From NCBI GenBank assembly GCA_944384875.1, contig CALWVA010000001.1:1-42793 (forward strand): 42,793 bases of DNA, in the 5' to 3' direction. A program made the translations under genes and the position numbers. This stretch comes from an uncultured Clostridia bacterium. Its GTDB lineage: Bacteria; Bacillota; Clostridia; Oscillospirales; Acutalibacteraceae. Numbering within the stretch: the first letter of the stretch is position 1; each line of letters begins with the position of its first letter. The notes under the pieces are model-generated. The model ran no database searches. It was given only the letters and a program-made list of their open reading frames with translations, and had not been told where the DNA came from. Shown here in pieces: positions 33,264 through 40,356 of the stretch.

Positions 33264-36200
33264 ATGAAAGTGACAAAAAAAGTTGTCAGCATGTTGCTGG
33301 CTGTCTGCTTGCTGGCCAGTATGTTTGCCGTCGGCGCGGTAGTATCGTCGGCAACTGGTGGAGCAGAGCAGACTGCGGCGCCTGCCTATGAGTCCCTGGG
33401 TGTTTACAAGAACACGACATGGGGTGGCGGCGCACCGGAAGGCGGCTTCACAGCGACACAGAATGAAGACGGAACAGTTACCTATTCGTCTACAGCAGAT
33501 ACGGCACAGTATCAGCTGCTTGACTGGGGTAATCAGGACGCATCGGTGATTACGGATGACGCAGTTGGCCTGCGGTTCAAACTGCGGGTTGACTCGGTTG
33601 GCAAAACCGATGTTCCGCTGGAAGGCTATTTCGTAGGAACCAGCTATAGCGATACCTGGCCGACTTGCCGTTTTGACATCACAGCGGCGGTTGGCGAGAC
33701 TGCTGAATATGTGATTCTGTTTAAGGACTTTGCCAACGGCGCTGGTATCACGCTTGACACGGTGAGAGCGTTCACCCATACACAGTTCAGAGTACGTGCG
33801 CAGGGTCATACAGATTCCAATCAGACCAATCTGGGCGGCATGACCTATACACTGTCTGCGATTGAAGCTGTTAAAGTTGCAGAAGAGCCGGTTGAGCCGG
33901 AAGTTTCTTATGAGTCCCTGGGTGTTTACAAAAACACGACATGGGGCGGCGGGCAGCCGGAAGGCGGCTTCACAGCGACACAGAATGAAGACGGAACAGT
34001 TACCTATTCGTCTACAGCAGATACGGCACAGTATCAGCTGCTTGACTGGGGTAATCAGGACGCATCGGTGATTACGGATGACGCAGTTGGCCTGCGGTTC
34101 AAACTGCGGGTTGACTCGGTTGGCAAAACCGATGTTCCGCTGGAAGGCTATTTCGTAGGAACCAGCTATAGCGATACCTGGCCGACTTGCCGTTTTGACA
34201 TCACAGCGGCGGTTGGCGAGACTGCTGAATATGTGATTCTGTTTAAGGACTTTGCCAACGGCGCTGGTATCACGCTTGACACGGTGAGAGCGTTCACCCA
34301 TACACAGTTCAGAGTACGTGCGCAGGGTTATGCAGATGACAATCAAATCAATCTGGGCGGCATGACCTATACACTGTCTGCGATTGAAGCTGTTAAAGTT
34401 GCAGAAGAGTCGGTTGAGCCGGAATATGAATCCATTGCTGTTTATAGAAACACCACTTGGGATGGCGGCGCACCGGAAGAGGGCGGCAACAGAGTCATCA
34501 ATGAGGACGGTACAGTGACTGCCACATTTACTGAGGATGCTGCACAGTATCAGCTCTATGACTGGAACCATATGAATGCGGATGCATTAACAGACGATGC
34601 AGTGGGTATCCGGTTTAAGTTACGGATTGATTCGGTTGGCAAAACTGATGTTCCGCTGGAAGCTTATTTTGTAGCAACAGATTATGGTACTTATCAAACG
34701 CAGGCAGTTCCGCTTACTGCAGCGGTTGGTGAGACCGGCGAATATGTAATGCTGTTTGAGAACTTTGCGGTCAGTGGAGAAGTTGTAGGGGTAACACCTG
34801 CATGGCTGAAGACCGCAAGCCATACACAGTTCAGAGTACGTGCGCAGGGTCATACAGATGCCAATCAGACCAATCTGGGCGGCATTACCTACACATTGTC
34901 GGATATTGAAACCATCAGAGTGGCTGGATCTGCTCCTGATACGACTGCGGAATCAACTGAACCTGAACCCACTACAACTGAAGATCTTTCAAAATACACC
35001 AGTGTATCTTTGTTGAATTGGGAATTAGGCGGCCGTAACTATTCCAGCTCCTGGGGCCAGGGTATGGAATATGATGGCGAAGGCGGCGGTTGGAACGATA
35101 CCGAAGGAACTGCCTTTGACAGAGGTATTTTAACTTCCGATGAAGATTATAATATGATTATCGATACCTTTGGTAACAACATCGGTAAAGTTCAGCAACA
35201 GTTCTGGGCTGACCAAAGCACGAATGCACAGGATTGCTATGTGGCTGCATATGCAGCGCTGAACGGCGATACAGCTACTGACGGCAAAAAGATTCAGTTT
35301 ACAGTAACCAATACCGGTACACAACCGTTCCTGGTCATGGGCAGCTGGTATGTACCTGGCGCTTCTACAATTAATTTTGGTAATGATCAGAAGACCAGTC
35401 CGGAAGCTATTGTGATTGAGGCTGGCGAGAGCAGAGTGATCACACTGGATCTGCCTGCGGGTCAAACTTTGGCGGAGCCGAGCGCAAATGGTTTATCTGC
35501 GGAATTACACTTTATTGCTTACGAGTGGGGCAATAGTGCAATTAGTGGTACAATGAGTCCGATCAGCCTGTTATATCTGGCACCGGAAACGACAACCACT
35601 GAAACTTCCACAACTGAGTCTTCCACAACGGAGACTACTACAGAGACTACTACAGAGACTACTACTGAGCCTCCCGAGACTACTACTGAAACTACCACTG
35701 AGCCTCCCGAGACTACTACTGAAACTACCACTGAGCCTCCCGAGACTACTACTATTGACATCGATGAAAATGATGTTGTAGTGCAGGCGGACACCGTATA
35801 CGGAATGCCTGGCGAAAGAGTAGAAGTTCCGGTGAGATTGACCCAGGCGCCGAAGCTGTGGGCAATGGGTTGGTTTGCTGAATTTGACAACACCAAGCTG
35901 ACATTGGTGGATGTCACCGGCGGCGATGTGTTCAATGAAGAAACCAACGAATGGGTGAAACCTTCTGAGGATCTGATCAGCCGTTCCAACGAGAGAGGCA
36001 GCTATAAGTTCAGCGCGCAGTATAACGGTTCTGACGAAGTAAACGTCACCGGCTTGCTGTGCACGCTGGTGTTCGAAGTTAATGCAGACGCCGTAGACGG
36101 AGATGTCTATGAGATCGCGATCACTGAGTCCATTGGTGATATCATCACTGAGGACGAGACAGATCTGCCGTCCGTGCTGTTGCCGGGTGCAGTTGTTGTT

Positions 36201-36488
36201 GGTGAAGAACAGACTACGACAACTGAGCCGACTACAACCACTGAGCCGACTACAACTGAGTCTACAACACCGGCTGAGACTACTGCAGATGATACCACTG
36301 CTACAGGTGATATTACAGTTGCGGGTGATACTACTACAACCACCACGACTTCCGGTATTGGTGGCGGCAGCATCGGTGGCGGCATCGGCGGCACTACTCC
36401 TCCTATGGGTGCAGTAGCAATGCCCGTTGGCGCATTGATCCTGGCTGCAGCGGCAGGTGTGGTCCTGTTCAAATCTAAAAAACGGTAA
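33264..36488 (+). CDS. Cell-surface modular protein (scaffoldin-like). Order: signal peptide, 3 x ~172-aa repeat, unknown ~200-aa module, Thr/Pro/Glu linker, cohesin-like module, Thr/Gly linker, C-terminal TM anchor
   Basis: An AAAGGAGAG SD lies 9 nt before ATG 33264. The signal peptide is MKVTKKVVSMLLAVCLLASMFAVGAVVSSATG. The repeats and linkers are visible directly in the sequence. The C-terminus ...MGAVAMPVGALILAAAAGVVLFKSKKR is a hydrophobic helix with a basic tail. The ORF-track start at 33078 precedes the predicted promoter. Confidence 0.9.
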   Translation: MKVTKKVVSMLLAVCLLASMFAVGAVVSSATGGAEQTAAPAYESLGVYKNTTWGGGAPEGGFTATQNEDGTVTYSSTADTAQYQLLDWGNQDASVITDDAVGLRFKLRVDSVGKTDVPLEGYFVGTSYSDTWPTCRFDITAAVGETAEYVILFKDFANGAGITLDTVRAFTHTQFRVRAQGHTDSNQTNLGGMTYTLSAIEAVKVAEEPVEPEVSYESLGVYKNTTWGGGQPEGGFTATQNEDGTVTYSSTADTAQYQLLDWGNQDASVITDDAVGLRFKLRVDSVGKTDVPLEGYFVGTSYSDTWPTCRFDITAAVGETAEYVILFKDFANGAGITLDTVRAFTHTQFRVRAQGYADDNQINLGGMTYTLSAIEAVKVAEESVEPEYESIAVYRNTTWDGGAPEEGGNRVINEDGTVTATFTEDAAQYQLYDWNHMNADALTDDAVGIRFKLRIDSVGKTDVPLEAYFVATDYGTYQTQAVPLTAAVGETGEYVMLFENFAVSGEVVGVTPAWLKTASHTQFRVRAQGHTDANQTNLGGITYTLSDIETIRVAGSAPDTTAESTEPEPTTTEDLSKYTSVSLLNWELGGRNYSSSWGQGMEYDGEGGGWNDTEGTAFDRGILTSDEDYNMIIDTFGNNIGKVQQQFWADQSTNAQDCYVAAYAALNGDTATDGKKIQFTVTNTGTQPFLVMGSWYVPGASTINFGNDQKTSPEAIVIEAGESRVITLDLPAGQTLAEPSANGLSAELHFIAYEWGNSAISGTMSPISLLYLAPETTTTETSTTESSTTETTTETTTETTTEPPETTTETTTEPPETTTETTTEPPETTTIDIDENDVVVQADTVYGMPGERVEVPVRLTQAPKLWAMGWFAEFDNTKLTLVDVTGGDVFNEETNEWVKPSEDLISRSNERGSYKFSAQYNGSDEVNVTGLLCTLVFEVNADAVDGDVYEIAITESIGDIITEDETDLPSVLLPGAVVVGEEQTTTTEPTTTTEPTTTESTTPAETTADDTTATGDITVAGDTTTTTTTSGIGGGSIGGGIGGTTPPMGAVAMPVGALILAAAAGVVLFKSKKR
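33387..34925 (+). repeat. Three tandem in-frame coding repeats (522, 516 and ~500 bp)
   Basis: Copies 1 (33387-33908) and 2 (33909-34424) are almost identical at the DNA level, with about 6 aa differences in ~172. Copy 3 (34425-~34925) is clearly homologous but diverged (YES[LI][GA]VY[KR]NTTW.GG.PE...DDAVG[LI]RFKLR[VI]DSVGKTDVPLE.YFV...HTQFRVRAQG...NLGG[MI]TYTLS.IE). Confidence 0.95.
35667..35753 (+). repeat. 33-bp tandem repeat (2.6 copies) encoding an EPPETTTETTT linker
   Basis: GAGCCTCCCGAGACTACTACTGAAACTACCACT occurs at 35667, 35700 and 35733 (the last copy is partial), inside a longer Thr/Glu/Ser-rich stretch. Confidence 0.9.
35775..36200 (+). other. Cohesin-like module within the surface protein
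   Basis: VVVQADTVYGMPGERVEVPVRLTQ...GWFAEFDNTKLTLVDVTGGDVF...GSYKFSAQYNGSDEVNVTGLLCTLVFEVNADAVDGDVYEIAI...LPGAVVVG follows the cohesin pattern ([VI].[VI]......PG..V.VPV......G......[YF]D...L....V..G.......G.[IF].F........G.L..[IL].F.V......G.Y.I........G.[IV].V). Recognition is by eye only. Confidence 0.6.
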
Positions 36489-36567
36489 GATTCGTTTAAT
36501 AGATAAGCCATAGATTTAATGCCGGTCTTACAGACCGGATCGGAATTGACTGGTTTATGACAAATGC

Positions 36568-36604
36568 AAAACTGCCATGAGAGTCATTCTCTCATGGCAG
36601 TTTT
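36568..36604 (+). terminator. Rho-independent terminator of the surface-protein gene
   Basis: AAAACTGCCATGAGAG-TCATT-CTCTCATGGCAGTTTT forms a 16-bp perfect stem that includes the U-tract. A weaker hairpin, CCGGTC-TTACA-GACCGG (36522-36538), precedes it. Confidence 0.85.
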
Positions 36605-37083
36605 ATGTTGTATTAAAAAACCGTAGACAGGCCAGTGAAAATGCGGAAGAGCGAATAAGATCAGGAGATAATCTTCTTTTCCAAAAAGTAAAAAAACGAT
36701 ATCGCCAACATTTGAAGAAAAGATGGATAGCCCAATGGGCAAAAAAGTTATCATATTTAAAAAATAAAATGTAATTGCATATGGTGCGTATTTAAAGTAT
36801 ATTCAGCACAGATGATCAAACGATCGCTTTGAATATTTGAATTTTGAATATATTACAAAGCGACAATGGTTTACCAACAGGTTCGACATCACAAAATAAT
36901 TTTTTATTATTTACAGTGTGTTATAGTCACCGGCTATTATATTTGCCGCTGCAATGTATCATGCGTGTATATGCACAGAAAATCATTTATATTGCATTTG
37001 ACGGATATTGGTATATTTACAAGGCAGCTAAGCATCAAAAGATGATGAACGACATGAGATTTTGATATGATATTGAATATATA

Positions 37084-37112
37084 TTGACAAAAACACAATT
37101 TTGCCATAAAAT
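37084..37112 (+). promoter_or_regulatory. sigma-A promoter of the livJ-like gene
   Basis: TTGACA (37084-37089), a 17-nt spacer, then TAAAAT (37107-37112). Confidence 0.55.
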
Positions 37113-37167
37113 AAAACCAACGTCTAGATAGACGGTATATTTTATTGGGAAGAGAGAGGGAAACAAG

Positions 37168-38328
37168 ATGAACAAATTAGCCAAGTTGTTGTGTGCAGGG
37201 CTGGCTGCCGTGTTAATGGCAGGAAGTTTCGCATCCTGCGGCGGCACAGAAGATTCTGCGACTGTGTTGAAGATTGGCGGTATCGGTCCGCTGACCGGCC
37301 AGACAGCGTCTTATGGTACAGCCGTTGAAAACGGCGCGCAGTTGGCAGTTGATGAAATCAACGCTGCAGGCGGCGTAAACGGGATTCAGTTGGAACTGAA
37401 TTTTCAGGATGATGAAAATAACGCGCAAAAGGCGATTACCGCCTATGGTCTGTTAAAAGATGAAGGTTGTAAGATTTTGATGGGCACGGTTACCAGCGCG
37501 CCCTGTCTGGCGGTTAAAGATTTAACTTATGAAGATAATATGTTCCAATTGACACCGTCCGGCTCGGCGGTAGACTGCACAAAATATGACAATACGTTCC
37601 GGATCTGCTTTAGTGATGATAACCAGGGCGCTGCGTCTGCGCAGTATATTTTCGATAAACAACTGGCTTCAAAAATCGCTGTGATTTATGACAGCTCAGA
37701 TCCTTATTCTTCGGGTATTTACAGAACCTTTAAGGAGAAAGCGGCCGAACTGGGGTTGGAAATCGTCAGTGAGCAGGCGTTTACCTCCAGCAATAACACC
37801 GATTTTTCTGTTGCGGTGCAGCAGGTCAAATCCAGCGGCGCAGAACTGGTGTTTTTACCGATTTATTATCAGCAGGCCGCGCTGATCCTGCAACAGGCGA
37901 ACAGCGCCGGACTGGAGACGCAGTATTTTGGCTGTGACGGATTGGATAGTATTGTTCAACAGCTGGGCAATGACAGTCAATTGGCTGAAGGTGTGATGCT
38001 GTTAACGCCGTTTGCGGCGGATGCCAGCGATGAGAAGTCGCAAACCTTCACCGCCGCTTATAAAGCTAAATATAATAATGAGATCCCCAATCAGTTTGCG
38101 GCGGACGCTTATGATGCGATTTATACCATCAAGGCGGCGATGGAGCAGGCAGGTATCGACGACGCTTCTATTTCTGTGTCTGATCTGTGTGAAAAGCTGA
38201 AAGCGGCAATGACACAAATCACAGTTGATGGCGTAACCGGAACCATGACCTGGGATGAAAACGGCGAACCTACCAAAGATCCAAAGGGTATGTATATTAA
38301 AGACGGTAGTTATACCGCGATGGATTAA
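37168..38328 (+). CDS. Branched-chain amino acid ABC transporter substrate-binding lipoprotein (LivJ/LivK family, Peripla_BP_6)
   Basis: Lipobox LMAGSFASC|GG, then LKIGGIGPLTGQTASYGTAVENGAQLAVDEINAAGGVNG..., the typical family N-terminus. A GAGAGGGAAAC SD precedes the start. Confidence 0.92.
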   Translation: MNKLAKLLCAGLAAVLMAGSFASCGGTEDSATVLKIGGIGPLTGQTASYGTAVENGAQLAVDEINAAGGVNGIQLELNFQDDENNAQKAITAYGLLKDEGCKILMGTVTSAPCLAVKDLTYEDNMFQLTPSGSAVDCTKYDNTFRICFSDDNQGAASAQYIFDKQLASKIAVIYDSSDPYSSGIYRTFKEKAAELGLEIVSEQAFTSSNNTDFSVAVQQVKSSGAELVFLPIYYQQAALILQQANSAGLETQYFGCDGLDSIVQQLGNDSQLAEGVMLLTPFAADASDEKSQTFTAAYKAKYNNEIPNQFAADAYDAIYTIKAAMEQAGIDDASISVSDLCEKLKAAMTQITVDGVTGTMTWDENGEPTKDPKGMYIKDGSYTAMD

Positions 38329-38349
38329 GACGGTTCATTTTGTTATCAA

Positions 38350-38385
38350 GAGCGGTTTCCGAGTGAGACCGCTCCTTGTTTTTTC
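38350..38385 (+). terminator. Rho-independent terminator
   Basis: GAGCGGT-(11-nt loop)-ACCGCTC followed by CTTGTTTTTTC. Confidence 0.6.
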
Positions 38386-38464
38386 AATGTTCGTTTACCG
38401 GAGTCTGTATGAAACAATCATATAGAGGGAAGACGGCGCCAGCAGCAGAGAAGGGAGATCGTGT

Positions 38465-38896
38465 GTGCTGATGGATAAGCAGAAAAATCGCCGGGAACAT
38501 GGCGAGACACACAGACAGGCAGATCATCTGAATAATGGGCCGATGAGCCAGGAGCACTCAAAACAGCCGCATGGCCGGGCAAACAGCCTGCCCGATCGGC
38601 AATCCGTTCCCGGTATGGCGTATACCGCGGGATTTTTGCTGTGTCTGACGGCGGCGTGGCTGCTGAAAAATATGCTGTGGGCTGCGATCGCTGCCATCGT
38701 ATTATACGGCGTATTTTTTCTGTTGGATATTTTGCTGCATCACAAACTGCTGCACCGGCTGCCCGACAGCCTGCGCACCGCCAGGCTGTTTCGCCGGATG
38801 GATGCAAAAGGCCGGGCGCTGACGGTTTGCGCGTTTGCAATCCCGCCGGTGATTTGGGTGTTGGCGGCGGGTTTGATCGCGCATATGGCGCGCTGA
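38465..38896 (+). CDS. Hypothetical membrane protein (basic/His-rich N-terminus, ~3 TM helices)
   Basis: An AAGGGAG SD lies 7 nt before GTG 38465; ATG 38471 is an alternative start. Hydrophobic segments are FLLCLTAAWLL, AAIAAIVLYGVFFLLDILL and ALTVCAFAIPPVIWVLAAGLIA. The competing antisense 166-aa ORF looks like a GC-frame artefact. I see no recognisable family. Confidence 0.4.
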   Translation: MLMDKQKNRREHGETHRQADHLNNGPMSQEHSKQPHGRANSLPDRQSVPGMAYTAGFLLCLTAAWLLKNMLWAAIAAIVLYGVFFLLDILLHHKLLHRLPDSLRTARLFRRMDAKGRALTVCAFAIPPVIWVLAAGLIAHMAR

Positions 38897-39007
38897 CAGC
38901 TACCGAAAACAGAGGCAACTGCTAAAAATTTCACAAATACCCCTTTTATTTTGTGCGGCTATTTGTTATAATAAAATCAAATCAATTGATTGGGAGTTGG
39001 ATAGAAT

Positions 39008-39874
39008 ATGGCGTTAGTAAATGCAAAGGATATGCTTACCAAAGCAAAAGCAGGCAAATATGCAGTGGGACAGTTTAATATCAACAATCTGGAATGGACC
39101 AAGAGCATTCTGCAAACCTCGCAGGAGCTGCAGTCTCCGGTGATTTTGGGTGTATCCGAGGGCGCGGGCAAATATATGTGCGGCTATAAGACGGTTGTCG
39201 GCATGGTCAATGGCATGCTGGAGGAGATGAACATTACCGTTCCGGTGGCGCTGCACCTGGATCATGGCAGCTACGAAGGAGCCAAAGCATGTATCGAAGC
39301 CGGTTTTTCATCGGTGATGTTTGATGGATCGCATTATCCGATTGAAGAGAATATCGCAAAAACCAAGGAGCTGATCGAGCTGACCAATAAACTGGGCCTG
39401 TCGATTGAAGCCGAAGTCGGCGCGATCGGCGGTGAAGAAGACGGCGTTGTCGGCGGCGGCGAGGTGGCCGATCCCAAAGAGTGCAAGATGATCGCAGATC
39501 TGGGCGTTACCATGCTGGCGGCCGGTATTGGCAATATTCACGGCCAATATCCCGAAAACTGGGCCGGGCTGCGTTTCGACGTGTTGGAAGAAATCCAGAA
39601 GCTGACCGGTTCGATGCCGTTGGTGCTGCACGGGGGAACAGGTATTCCGGCAGATATGATTAAGAAGGCGATTTCGCTGGGCGTATCCAAGATCAATGTG
39701 AATACCGAGTGCCAGTTGGCGTTTGCTGCGGCAACCCGGAAATATATCGAAGAGGGCAAAGATCTGCAGGGTAAGGGCTTTGATCCGCGTAAACTGCTGG
39801 CGCCCGGCGCTGAAGCGATTAAGGCCACTGTTAAAGAAAAGATGGAGCTGTTTGGTTCTGTGGACAAAGCGTAA
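39008..39874 (+). CDS. fba: Class II fructose-1,6-bisphosphate aldolase
   Basis: MALVNAKDMLTKAKAGKYAVGQFNINNLEW, PVALHLDHG, MFDGSH, EAEVGAIGGEEDGV, AAGIGNIHG and LVLHGGTGIP are the class II FBA metal-binding and active-site blocks. Confidence 0.96.
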   Translation: MALVNAKDMLTKAKAGKYAVGQFNINNLEWTKSILQTSQELQSPVILGVSEGAGKYMCGYKTVVGMVNGMLEEMNITVPVALHLDHGSYEGAKACIEAGFSSVMFDGSHYPIEENIAKTKELIELTNKLGLSIEAEVGAIGGEEDGVVGGGEVADPKECKMIADLGVTMLAAGIGNIHGQYPENWAGLRFDVLEEIQKLTGSMPLVLHGGTGIPADMIKKAISLGVSKINVNTECQLAFAAATRKYIEEGKDLQGKGFDPRKLLAPGAEAIKATVKEKMELFGSVDKA

Positions 39875-39945
39875 GCTGCTGCGCCGCATTTTATCAGACC
39901 TTCACATTGCAGACATTTTGTGGCGTTAAAACAACGTATTTGTAT

Positions 39946-39980
39946 ATACCGGTCGGGTTTCCCGGCCGGTATTGTTGTTG
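39946..39980 (+). terminator. Rho-independent terminator of fba
   Basis: ATACCGGTCGGG-TTT-CCCGGCCGGTAT followed by TGTTGTTG. Confidence 0.7.
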
Positions 39981-40249
39981 CAGCAGAATTTATATGCGGG
40001 GCAAATGACAGGCTACAGACTGTTATAGCAGTGTTTTGGGTGATGTGCAATCGGGGTTGTTTCCCCGATTGGTAGCGGCGGTTGCGTTTTTACACGCTGC
40101 CGGTAGCATAAAAATAGTTTTTAAGGGGCAATCAGCCAAATTTATATTTGTTTTATATAAAAATCATGTAAAAAATATTAAAAATAAAATATAGATTGAG
40201 GATTATTTATATAAAGTGACAAATCTGTAAACAACCGCTAAATTTATGG

Positions 40250-40277
40250 TTGTATTTTTTAAAACAGCTGCTATAAT
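40250..40277 (+). promoter_or_regulatory. Candidate sigma-A promoter upstream of amt-glnK
   Basis: TTGTAT (40250-40255), a 16-nt spacer, then TGcTATAAT (hexamer 40272-40277), within a very AT-rich region. Confidence 0.5.
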
Positions 40278-40285
40278 ATAAATAC

Positions 40286-40344
40286 AAGGACAAAGGTGTT
40301 CAATGTTGTGTTGGACACCTTTGTCCTTTTTATTTTATTTTATT
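40286..40344 (+). terminator. Intrinsic-terminator-like hairpin in the amt leader (possible attenuator)
   Basis: AAGGACAAAGGTGT (40286-40299) pairs with ACACCTTTGTCCTT (40315-40328) and is followed by TTTATTTTATTTTATT. The GGAGG SD of amt starts at 40345. Confidence 0.55.
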
Positions 40345-40356
40345 GGAGGTTGTTGT

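Noticed and set aside
33240-34571. 443-aa antisense ORF across the repeat region of the surface-protein gene.
   Set aside because: It lies opposite a strongly supported gene that has a signal peptide, SD and domain structure. Its length is inflated by the duplicated DNA, its composition is Cys/Arg-rich junk, and it has no SD.
36400-36488. Possible sortase (LPxTG-type) sorting signal at the C-terminus of the surface protein.
   Set aside because: The hydrophobic helix and basic tail are present, but no LPxTG, SPxTG or PPxTG pentapeptide precedes them (the closest string is TPPMGA). It is called a TM anchor instead.
36577-37065. Two small ORFs (65 aa and 73 aa) in the AT-rich spacer between the surface-protein gene and livJ.
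   Set aside because: The first starts inside the terminator stem. The second starts at a TTG with no SD. Both have the Lys/Ile/Tyr-rich composition expected from AT-rich non-coding DNA.
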